Of a stretch of DNA of 48,588 nucleotides, positions 8,725-17,119 are shown in pieces; position 1 is the stretch's first letter; each line of letters opens with the position of its first letter. The stretch comes from Candidatus Dojkabacteria bacterium (GTDB lineage Bacteria > Patescibacteriota > Dojkabacteria > SC72), in NCBI GenBank assembly GCA_012842045.1, contig DUTP01000001.1:94534-143121 (forward strand). The letters run 5' to 3'. A model generated the notes under the pieces. The model ran no database searches. It worked only from the letters and a program-made list of their open reading frames with translations, and was not told the origin of the DNA. A program made the position numbers and the translations under genes.

Positions 8725-9363
8725 ATGAATGAGTGGAAACCTAAAAGTATTTACATCTCTAGAAATAACAAACACTATGAAGGATATGCCCTATCCTATT
8801 ACTACAAAAAAGAAGGAGAACATGAAAGATTACCTCTTGCAGAAGAAATTGTGAAGATAAAACAGAAAGTGTGGCAATTTTCAAAAAGCGGGAAAATAAT
8901 AGGATACTTAAATAAATTCTTTAGATTAAATCCAAAGCTTTTTGTCGATATTGATCTAATTACATATGTCCCTAGCAACATTTATAGTAATAATAGGATG
9001 GGAAATTTAGCAAAGTATATTGCTGATAAATTGAACAAACCTCTTTACAACTTAATTACTTGTTCTAGTACATCTTCTAATTATCATACACAAAAAGAAT
9101 TTACAAAAGAATATCAAGAGAAATTGAAGAAATTTGATATAAAAGATGAAGCATCTAGAATAAGTAAGAAAAATGTATTATTGATTGATGATATTTGTAC
9201 AACAGGAGCAACTTTGTTTGTATGTGCCTCAAAACTGGATGAATTCAGTCCTGCAAATATCACACTATTCACACTGTGTACTTCTAGAAATCAATATAAT
9301 GGATTTGATAACGAAGAAAAAGAGAACCAAAATGATTCATTTGAAGAAGATTTACCATTTTAA
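8725..9363 (+). CDS. ComF-like phosphoribosyltransferase (ShosT-like)
   Basis: ITYVPS and PRPP-binding loop VLLIDDICTTGATL. Confidence 0.82.
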   Translation: MNEWKPKSIYISRNNKHYEGYALSYYYKKEGEHERLPLAEEIVKIKQKVWQFSKSGKIIGYLNKFFRLNPKLFVDIDLITYVPSNIYSNNRMGNLAKYIADKLNKPLYNLITCSSTSSNYHTQKEFTKEYQEKLKKFDIKDEASRISKKNVLLIDDICTTGATLFVCASKLDEFSPANITLFTLCTSRNQYNGFDNEEKENQNDSFEEDLPF

Positions 9364-9384
9364 TTATCTTACACTCTTCAACTG

Positions 9385-9723
9385 CTAATGAAACTTCTCA
9401 TCCTTAGGTTTATCAAACTTGTTCTTCTCTTTATCGTAAGTCCTTTTCTCAGAATACTCTATCTTCTCCTTCATCACATCTACCAACTTCTCTGTATTAT
9501 GAAAATCTTCAGCTATATTAGCAACCTTACATGCAAAAACAATCACATCTGTCACCTCTGCAAGAACACCATCCCAATCCTTCTCCAATATTGCCTTAGA
9601 CACCTCACCTACCTCTTCAGTAAGTTTAAGCATTGCAATCTTTACAGCCTTCTCCTCATCCTGTGCTATTCCTTTTCTTTTTGTAAAATCTCTCTCCCAT
9701 GTTTGTATATCTTTAATATTCAT
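9385..9723 (-). CDS. MazG-like nucleotide pyrophosphohydrolase
   Basis: KLTEEVGEVSKA...AEVTDVIVF. Confidence 0.8.
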   Translation of the reverse strand: MNIKDIQTWERDFTKRKGIAQDEEKAVKIAMLKLTEEVGEVSKAILEKDWDGVLAEVTDVIVFACKVANIAEDFHNTEKLVDVMKEKIEYSEKRTYDKEKNKFDKPKDEKFH

Positions 9724-9770
9724 ATTGTTTTCAGTGAAATTTTAGATGTTTGATTATAACAAAACAACAA

Positions 9771-11339
9771 CTATACACCCTCAAATATTGCTTCAATATC
9801 ACTAGCTGTAGCTTTCTTTGGTTTCTCTTCAGTTTCTTTCTTCTTAGGGATAACAGGAAGATTTTTCAACACAACATCTGCATCAGCCTTCTCAACAGGT
9901 TTAATATCAGGATTAACATAACACTCAACCTTACAAGGTGCACCATACACTTTCCCAAACACCTCCGATATGATATTTCTACTCTTAGGTGTCTCTATCC
10001 TATCCTTATGAAAACTAAATGGGACTTCCAAATGTAATGTACCTCCCTCAAATGATCTAATATGTCCTCCACCAATAAAAGCATAAAGATGATGATTAAA
10101 AGGTTTAATCTCATCTACAAACTTATCCCAACCCTCTTTTATCTCCTCAACTGTCACTGTCTTCTCACCATTTACTTTTACCTCTTCTTTCTTCTTTTCA
10201 TCTTCTTTTTCCTCTGTTGTAGGTAAACTCTTCTTCACATCCCTATTCACCATCTTTATCTCACTCTTTACATTAGGCTTCATCATCTCTGGAATAATCA
10301 TTAACAATACTAATGCTTGATTATGTGCATATCTAATCTTGTTCTCCGCTTCTAAAAAGAGGTTAATTAACTTATGAATATCCCTAATATCTATATCCTT
10401 ACTAAATGGGAAATCTTTCCTAAAATCATTCTTTATCTTCTGAGAGAGAATACTTCTAAGGTAGTCGAGAACAAAACTTGTAAATTGCTGAAGATTAACA
10501 CCATCGACTTCCAAACTCTCTATGATAGCAAGTGCCTCAGCTCCATCACCAGCAAGAAGATATTTAAGTAGTAAGATAACTTTCTCTGAATCTGGAAGAC
10601 CCAATGTTTTCTGTACCTCATCCAAAGTTATCACATTTTTATCTTTCTCCTGTCCACTATATACTACATCTAAGATTGATAGAGCATCTCTGTAACTACC
10701 CTTTGCATTTTTAACAATGATATCAAGAGCATCATCCTCTATCTTAATCTTCTCTTCATTAGCTACAGATTTAATTAAGTCAGCAATCTCATCATCAGTA
10801 CCTAATCTAAAATCATACCTCTGACATCTTGAAAGGATCGTGGGGGGCAGTTTATGTACATCGGTTGTGGCCAAAATGAAAACAACATGCTTTGGAGGTT
10901 CTTCCAAAGTCTTCAAGAGTGCATTAAATGCTTCTGTAGTAAGCATATGAACCTCATCAATGATATATACCTTGTATTTACCCTCAACAGGCGAAAACTC
11001 TATTCTTTCCTTCAACTCTCTAATCTGATCAATCCCCCTATTTGATGCTGCATCTATCTCAATCAAATCCAAGAATGTACCATCTGCAATTGCTTTACAA
11101 TTCTCACATTCTAAACACGGATTACCATCTTTCTTAGGGTTCTTACAATTAATAGCTTTTGCAAAAATTCTAGCAGTGGATGTCTTTCCTGTCCCTCTAG
11201 AACCAACCAAAAGATATGCATGTGCTATTTGCTCCTTCTGCACTGCATTCTTTAGCAGTTTAACAACATTATCCTGTCCTTTTAGTTGGTCAAAGTCTTG
11301 TGACCTATATTTTTGATAGAGTACTGAAGACATGGTCAT
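9771..11339 (-). CDS. dnaX: DNA polymerase III subunit gamma/tau
   Basis: LYQKYRSQDF, GSRGTGKTS, zinc motif, EIDAASNRGID, IIDEVHML, SRCQ. Confidence 0.97.
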   Translation of the reverse strand: MTMSSVLYQKYRSQDFDQLKGQDNVVKLLKNAVQKEQIAHAYLLVGSRGTGKTSTARIFAKAINCKNPKKDGNPCLECENCKAIADGTFLDLIEIDAASNRGIDQIRELKERIEFSPVEGKYKVYIIDEVHMLTTEAFNALLKTLEEPPKHVVFILATTDVHKLPPTILSRCQRYDFRLGTDDEIADLIKSVANEEKIKIEDDALDIIVKNAKGSYRDALSILDVVYSGQEKDKNVITLDEVQKTLGLPDSEKVILLLKYLLAGDGAEALAIIESLEVDGVNLQQFTSFVLDYLRSILSQKIKNDFRKDFPFSKDIDIRDIHKLINLFLEAENKIRYAHNQALVLLMIIPEMMKPNVKSEIKMVNRDVKKSLPTTEEKEDEKKKEEVKVNGEKTVTVEEIKEGWDKFVDEIKPFNHHLYAFIGGGHIRSFEGGTLHLEVPFSFHKDRIETPKSRNIISEVFGKVYGAPCKVECYVNPDIKPVEKADADVVLKNLPVIPKKKETEEKPKKATASDIEAIFEGV

Positions 11340-11579
11340 ATGTTAGTCCAAACTTTCAACCTTGCCAAGTGAACATTATTTACCCAGCATATATATTTGA
11401 TGAGTTTAAGGCTATGTAGTAAGGAGAAAAAGAGGTTAAAAGAAATTATTTTTCAATTCTATAGGTGGTTTCTTTTGGGAATATAGTGATTTTCAAGACA
11501 ACCACTCTATCTTCTAAACACTTACCAATAAAGGACTTTCAATCAGTCGAATGTAGATATGTTCATAAACTTACTACAA

Positions 11580-11939
11580 TTATTTCCACCCTCTGTTGCC
11601 ACGCCTTCGCCTACCACAACCATGTCCGCAACCTTGTCCCTCTCCATCACAAAGTCGATACTCACCACCCTCTATTAACAAAGGAATTCCGTTTACCAGA
11701 GACTCTGCAAGCTTTCTTCTAGCTTCAACATAAATACCCTGAACCGTACTACGAGCAACATTCATCTGCTTAGCACATTCCTCTTGAGTAAAACCTTCTA
11801 AATCTATTAACCTTATCGTTTCGTACTCATCTACAGTCATGGTAATATGATCCTCTATGTCTGTAACCCCACCCAGAGGTCCAAACCTATTATTCTTAGG
11901 TAAACTACAAACATTTCTCCATTTCCTTGGTCTAGCCAT
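11580..11939 (-). CDS. DUF134 (UPF0251) predicted DNA-binding protein
   Basis: MARPRKWRNVC, DEYETIRLIDLEGFTQEECAKQMNVARST. Confidence 0.88.
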   Translation of the reverse strand: MARPRKWRNVCSLPKNNRFGPLGGVTDIEDHITMTVDEYETIRLIDLEGFTQEECAKQMNVARSTVQGIYVEARRKLAESLVNGIPLLIEGGEYRLCDGEGQGCGHGCGRRRRGNRGWK

Positions 11940-11955
11940 ATCAGTTGTTCTTACA

Positions 11956-12198
11956 TTAAAGATTCTCTAGTTGTTTATCAACAGCTTCGAGTTGATTTTG
12001 CAAAATAGCTTTCTGCTCTGTTAATAGTTCTTTTTCTGTTTTTGAAGAGTCCTTTTGATTAACTAAACTTCTTCCCAGACCCCTACCCATTCCTCGACCA
12101 GTTCCAAACTTCTCATTGTCACTATTATTACATTTACCTAAACCTCGACCTGTCATAGGTCCTTGTCTCATAGGACCTGTTCCATCTCTCTTTGGCAT
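11956..12198 (-). CDS. DUF5320-family small protein
   Basis: MPKRDGTGPMRQGPMTGRGLGKC plus C-terminal coiled coil. Confidence 0.8.
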   Translation of the reverse strand: MPKRDGTGPMRQGPMTGRGLGKCNNSDNEKFGTGRGMGRGLGRSLVNQKDSSKTEKELLTEQKAILQNQLEAVDKQLENL

Positions 12199-12241
12199 AT
12201 TCTTTACCCCCTTTCAAAACATTTATATTATATACACCACC

Positions 12242-12269
12242 ATTATACATAGTTTCTGGCATATGTCAA
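12242..12269 (-). promoter_or_regulatory. Consensus sigma70 promoter of the DUF5320-DUF134 cassette
   Basis: TTGACA-N16-TATAAT with TG extension. Imperfect palindrome TGGCATATGTCA (12257-12268) overlaps the -35. Confidence 0.7.
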
Positions 12270-12286
12270 TAACCCTGTATAGGAAA

Positions 12287-14704
12287 TTAGCTAACAGTTT
12301 TTTCCTTGTAACTATCAACCGCTTCAGCAAGCATCTGTGAATACAAACCATAACCCACAGAATTAATAGCTCCTGATTGATTTCTTCCTAATATATCCCC
12401 CGCCCCTCTAATCTCCAAATCTCTGTTTGAAAGAAGAAAACCAGACCCTAACTCTTGAGAACTCTTTAATGCTTCCAACCTCAAAGCAGAATCTCCCCTC
12501 AGTGTATCAAAGAAGAAATATGCATTAGCTTGAACCTTGGACCTCCCTATCCTCCCCCTAATCTGATACATTTGTGCAAGACCCAACATTGTAGCATCAT
12601 CAACTATCAAAGTATTTACACTTGGGATATCCAACCCATTCTCAATTATCGTAGTACAAAGCAATATCTTAGCATCCCCCTTTACAAAACTCTCCATATT
12701 CCTAGACAAAGTTTGAACACCCATCTGACCATGAACCACTACCGTTTGCACATGGGGAAACAACTTGACCAACCTATCATATACATTCTGTATTGTCTCT
12801 ACCCTATTATGCAAAAAATACACCTGCCCACCCCTATTCAACTCCTTCTGTATTGCCTCTCTTACACTATCCCAATTAAACTTACCAAAATGATTCAATA
12901 TCTCCTGCCTACCACTAGGAGGTGTTGCTAATACAGAGATATCCCTAATACCAAGTAGAGCCATATTTAAAGTTCTAGGTATGGGAGTAGCTGTAAGGGA
13001 AAGCACATTAGTATTTAACTTCTTCCCTTTTATCTTCTCCTTCTGCTTCACTCCAAACTTCTGTTCCTCATCTACAACAAGAAGACCCAAATCTTTGAAA
13101 TTTACACTATCACTCAAAAGTGCATGAGTTCCAACTACAATATCTACACTACCGTTTTTCAAACCCTCAATTACCTTCTGTTTTTCTTCTTCTGATACCA
13201 TTCTAGAGAGTGCTTGAATATTAAAAGGTGTACCTTCAAATCTTTTTCTTAAGACAGCAAGATGCTGGGATACCAAAATTGTTGTTGGTGCAAGAAGAGC
13301 AACCTGTTTTCCACTATTAACAACTGCAAACATAGCTCTCATAGCAATCTCTGTCTTACCATACCCTACATCTCCAACCAACAACCTATCCATCGGCTTA
13401 CCACTCTGTAAATCATCCACCAATTGTTTAGTTGCTAGAAGTTGGTCATCAGTATCCTTGTATTCAAAATTATTAACAAAAACTTCAAACTCACTTAACT
13501 CTCCTTCTTCTAAAAGTGCTGGATCAATAGTTGAAGTTTCTCTCAATGCATAAAGTTGGAGAAGTTCCTTTGCAATACTCTCAGCTCTCTCTCTTGCCTT
13601 CTTAGAAATCCTCCTCCAAGCCCCGCTATTAAGCCCTGTTAAAACTGGCTTGGCTTTTGCTGCACCAATGTACTTTGTAAGCTTCTCAGAGGCTGTGAGG
13701 GGCACAAACAACCTATCTTTACCTGCATATGATATCTGAATGTAATACCCACCCTCTCTCATCTGTATATCTACATATCTACCAATACCATGATCTTCAT
13801 GTACAACATAGTCACCAGGTATTATCTTCTTCAAAATCTCAACCGAACCAGGATCCATTCCCATATTTTTAGTCCAGAATTCAGAAAGGTCTACCTCACC
13901 CAACACCTCCATATCTGTTAAAACCAATACATTTTGTTTAGAAAAAACAAACCCCCTTTTAATTAGGTTTTTCCAAACACCCATATCACTGTATACCAAG
14001 TCAATTTCACTCTTAAGACTATCCTCAACCTCCAATTTGTATCTATCATAGTTACCAGTTAAATACAGAATTGTGTAACCCCTACTCTTAAAATTCTTAA
14101 CTATTTCTCTAACTGCATGTACAGATGAATACATCTCTAAATTAGGGATTGAATGAATACCTAAATTAACAGCTTCATCTGGTAAAAGACCAATATTCTC
14201 TTTTACTTCAATTCTAATCGAATCTTCTACATCCTCATTACCTAAAATCAAATCTGAAGACTCACTTAATAATACCCTTCTCTTAACAGATTCTATCTTC
14301 TTCCTACTATCACTTGTAACAATATCAATACTCTCTATCTTCTCTCCTAGGAAGCTTACCCTTAGAATATTCTGCATGCTAAAAGCCCAGATGATTAAAA
14401 TATCTCCTAGGATAGCAAATTCTCCTTCATTCCATACTCTATCTACCCTTTCATATCCTAAACTTGATAACTTCTTAATATCTAGTTTTCCACCTTCTTC
14501 AATCAAAAGAGAGTTTTCATCAGAGAGTATGTCTTCTTTGTTTTTACTTCTAGTAAGCCATACAGATTTACCTAAAAGAAGACCTAAGTACTCAGCTACA
14601 AATTCTAGATATTGTTCATCTACACCTGTAACAGCTCTTACCTCTGATATCTTCTCTTTCAAATCTGCAGAATTAGAGAGAAGTTTTTCACTAAAAGTAT
14701 CCAT
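12287..14704 (-). CDS. mfd: Transcription-repair coupling factor, shortened
   Basis: GDYVVHEDHGIG RID domain, GDVGYGKTE, VDEEQKFG, TATPIPRT, QIRGRIGR, RDLEIRGAG; 805 aa. Confidence 0.93.
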   Translation of the reverse strand: MDTFSEKLLSNSADLKEKISEVRAVTGVDEQYLEFVAEYLGLLLGKSVWLTRSKNKEDILSDENSLLIEEGGKLDIKKLSSLGYERVDRVWNEGEFAILGDILIIWAFSMQNILRVSFLGEKIESIDIVTSDSRKKIESVKRRVLLSESSDLILGNEDVEDSIRIEVKENIGLLPDEAVNLGIHSIPNLEMYSSVHAVREIVKNFKSRGYTILYLTGNYDRYKLEVEDSLKSEIDLVYSDMGVWKNLIKRGFVFSKQNVLVLTDMEVLGEVDLSEFWTKNMGMDPGSVEILKKIIPGDYVVHEDHGIGRYVDIQMREGGYYIQISYAGKDRLFVPLTASEKLTKYIGAAKAKPVLTGLNSGAWRRISKKARERAESIAKELLQLYALRETSTIDPALLEEGELSEFEVFVNNFEYKDTDDQLLATKQLVDDLQSGKPMDRLLVGDVGYGKTEIAMRAMFAVVNSGKQVALLAPTTILVSQHLAVLRKRFEGTPFNIQALSRMVSEEEKQKVIEGLKNGSVDIVVGTHALLSDSVNFKDLGLLVVDEEQKFGVKQKEKIKGKKLNTNVLSLTATPIPRTLNMALLGIRDISVLATPPSGRQEILNHFGKFNWDSVREAIQKELNRGGQVYFLHNRVETIQNVYDRLVKLFPHVQTVVVHGQMGVQTLSRNMESFVKGDAKILLCTTIIENGLDIPSVNTLIVDDATMLGLAQMYQIRGRIGRSKVQANAYFFFDTLRGDSALRLEALKSSQELGSGFLLSNRDLEIRGAGDILGRNQSGAINSVGYGLYSQMLAEAVDSYKEKTVS

Positions 14705-14706
14705 AT

Positions 14707-15267
14707 TTAAAGTAGTATCTCTCCTAGAATTGATTTAAGTGCATCTTGAAATACTTCATCTAAGAGAAGTTGTTCATCTTCACTAAAGTTCATCAACACA
14801 AATGCATCCCCTGGAATCTCCTTACCTGTTCTACTCTCAATTCCTAATCTTAATCTTAAAAATTCTTTAGTTTTTAAAATGTTCTCGACATCTATGACTC
14901 CATTATGACCATCTGGAGATTTTTCATATTGTAATTTGTATTTACCTAGAGGCAAATCTAAATCATCATGTACTAGTATTAAATCTTTCTTGACATCAAT
15001 ATCATACTTTTTAACAATTTTTCCTACTGCTTGACCAGAGTTGTTCATAAAAGTTAAGGGTTTTTGAAAGATGGCTACAACCTGAGAACCTTTTTTAAGA
15101 AAAGATAGTTCAGACATGAATGTTTTCTCTTCTTCCCATTCTGTTACTCTGTATCCTTTTTGAAAAAGGAATGTTTCTCTAAGCATATCAAGAAAGAGAA
15201 ACCCTGTATTATGTCTAGTTGTTTGATATTTTTTACCTGGATTTCCTAATCCTACTATTAGTTTCAT
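14707..15267 (-). CDS. pth: Peptidyl-tRNA hydrolase
   Basis: LIVGLGNPG..Y..TRHN.GF, KPLTFMNNSG, VHDDLD, HNG. Confidence 0.97.
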   Translation of the reverse strand: MKLIVGLGNPGKKYQTTRHNTGFLFLDMLRETFLFQKGYRVTEWEEEKTFMSELSFLKKGSQVVAIFQKPLTFMNNSGQAVGKIVKKYDIDVKKDLILVHDDLDLPLGKYKLQYEKSPDGHNGVIDVENILKTKEFLRLRLGIESRTGKEIPGDAFVLMNFSEDEQLLLDEVFQDALKSILGEILL

Positions 15268-15324
15268 TGAAGTATGTTTTGAACTATTGATAAATTATAT
15301 CCCATCCCAATTATTATTCACAGA

Positions 15325-15357
15325 GTTAATCTAGATTTAATTTCTTTTGTTTAGAAT
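15325..15357 (+). promoter_or_regulatory. Conserved box plus -10 element (copy 1)
   Basis: GTTAATCTAGATTTAAT (15325-15341), N10, TAGAAT, N6, ATG 15364. Confidence 0.75.
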
Positions 15358-15363
15358 CTATGG

Positions 15364-15873
15364 ATGAGGAAAGTTGTTTCTAAAACAAAGAGTCTTAAAG
15401 CTATACGAAAACCTAAGCTATCAAAGATAGAATTGAGGAAGTTAAGAGATACTCCTTTACACAAGAGGATTGGACTGAATTTAGAAGATTATGAGAATAG
15501 GGATATCTTAAAGACAGAAGAAAAAGATTTTACACAAAAGTTTACAGATTTGGGATATACAATTACTTGGATAAACAGAGCTCAACCCTCTCCTAAAGGT
15601 GGTTATATCCCCACAAAGGACTTTATATGGAATGGTATTGAGTGGGAATTGAAGAGACCAGCAAAACAAAGTTATGGAAGTATCTCTGGACTAATTAAAC
15701 GAGGAGTTATTTCTGGTAAAAAGTATTATATTATAGATTTGAAAGGAGCTTCTTTAGAAAGAAAAGTTGCAGAACAGTTAAGTATGTACAACAAGAGAAA
15801 TAGAGGCAAAGAAATATCTAGATTGTTAATCTTTGACAGAGAAGGGTTAAAAGAGATTATTCTTAAAAAATAA
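15364..15873 (+). CDS. Putative PD-(D/E)XK nuclease resembling CdiA C-terminal tRNase-type domains
   Basis: TKDFIWNGIEWELKRP followed by YYIIDL; basic N-terminus; opposite strand to its neighbours. Confidence 0.5.
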   Translation: MRKVVSKTKSLKAIRKPKLSKIELRKLRDTPLHKRIGLNLEDYENRDILKTEEKDFTQKFTDLGYTITWINRAQPSPKGGYIPTKDFIWNGIEWELKRPAKQSYGSISGLIKRGVISGKKYYIIDLKGASLERKVAEQLSMYNKRNRGKEISRLLIFDREGLKEIILKK

Positions 15874-15957
15874 AGCTGGGTGACTACCCCCCCTTACTAG
15901 CGATCTTTTTGATAAGTTTCCCTATCTCAATCGAGGACGGGGTCTGCCCAGCCTTCT
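15866..15957 (-). ncRNA. Candidate small hairpin RNA A
   Basis: Extended -10 TGGTATAAT (hexamer 15964-15969), then AGAAGGCTGGG...CACCCAGC and a U-rich tract. Long imperfect stem 15875-15952. Confidence 0.55.
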
Positions 15958-15981
15958 ATTTTAATTATACCATAAAAACAG

Positions 15982-16407
15982 TTAGAGTGTATTAAAAATC
16001 TTCTTAACAATATCCTCCTGTTTAACCAACATTTCTGTTTTTTCCATATCCTCACCATGGTCGTATCCTACTATGTGTAAAAGACCATGAACTATATTCC
16101 TAACTATCTCTTCTTCAAAAAGTGATGGTTTTGTATTAGAAAATATATACTCAGGACAAATGTATACTTCTGCAACTAATGGCTCTGTATCAAGGTTAAA
16201 TGATAACACATCTGTAACATAGTCCTTCTTTCTATACTCTAAATTAAGCCTATGTATATACTCACTATTAACACAAACTATACCCACCTGAAAAAGATTG
16301 TACTCAGAAAATTGCTCTTTTAGAGCTTTTTCTAAATTTTTTGAAGAAATTGAAAATTTAGGAGAAACTTCCTTAAGTAATTCCCAGTTATATATATCTA
16401 ATTTCAT
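15982..16407 (-). CDS. ybeY: rRNA maturation endoribonuclease YbeY
   Basis: LNLEYRKKDYVTDVLSF and VHGLLHIVGYDH. Confidence 0.95.
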   Translation of the reverse strand: MKLDIYNWELLKEVSPKFSISSKNLEKALKEQFSEYNLFQVGIVCVNSEYIHRLNLEYRKKDYVTDVLSFNLDTEPLVAEVYICPEYIFSNTKPSLFEEEIVRNIVHGLLHIVGYDHGEDMEKTEMLVKQEDIVKKIFNTL

Positions 16408-16409
16408 TA

Positions 16410-16853
16410 TTACTGTAAGTGTTTTTGAACAATCTGTTTTACTAAATTACCATCAGCTTTTCCAGAGATTTCTTTCATGACAACTCCCATTACCTTGCCC
16501 ATATCACTCATTCCTTGAGCACCTACCTCCTCTATTTTCCCCTTAACTATCTTTTCTACCTCTTTTTCAGACATTAGTTCTGGTAGATACTCTTCTAAAT
16601 ACCCCAGCTGTTCTTTTTCTTTCTTTACTAAATCTTCTCTACCCATTTGACCAAACTGTTCTATCGATTCTTCTATCTTTTTAACTTCTTTTCTTAGAAC
16701 CTTCTCTACCTCTTGATCTGTTAGTTCCTTACCTTGAGCTATCTCTTCATTTCTAAGAGTTGCTAAAGCCATCTTAAGGATATCCATCTTGGATACATTC
16801 TTCTCTTTTGTAGCCAAAATCATATCTTTTCTCAAAGTTTCTAAAAGGGACAT
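16410..16853 (-). CDS. GatB/YqeY domain protein
   Basis: YqeY pattern E..Q.GREDL..KE...L..YLP, MGKVMG; lies downstream of rpsU. Confidence 0.9.
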   Translation of the reverse strand: MSLLETLRKDMILATKEKNVSKMDILKMALATLRNEEIAQGKELTDQEVEKVLRKEVKKIEESIEQFGQMGREDLVKKEKEQLGYLEEYLPELMSEKEVEKIVKGKIEEVGAQGMSDMGKVMGVVMKEISGKADGNLVKQIVQKHLQ

Positions 16854-16871
16854 AATGGTTTGTAGATTAAA

Positions 16872-17072
16872 TTATCTAGCTCTTCTTGCAGCTGCTCTTC
16901 TTCTTCTCTTTCTTTTTGCCCATTCTTTTCTCTTGGCAATCTTAAGGTCAGATTTTTTAATTCTGTACTGCTTGTTTTTGAAAGTTTCTAAAGTTTTTTC
17001 CCTAAGAACTTCTCTGTGAAGTCTTCTTAAAGCACTGTCTATGTTTTCGTTAGAGTGTACGATAACTGCCAT
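16872..17072 (-). CDS. rpsU: 30S ribosomal protein bS21
   Basis: ENIDSALRRL...KRKEWAKRKRRR. Confidence 0.92.
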   Translation of the reverse strand: MAVIVHSNENIDSALRRLHREVLREKTLETFKNKQYRIKKSDLKIAKRKEWAKRKRRRRAAARRAR

Positions 17073-17119
17073 AGTAACCTCCTTAAATTAAAAATGCAAT
17101 CTGATTATATCATAAGGTC

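Noticed and set aside
11340-11580. SRP RNA upstream of dnaX (as in Bacillus)
   Set aside because: The conserved domain IV pattern (CAGG...GGAA...AGCAG) is absent.
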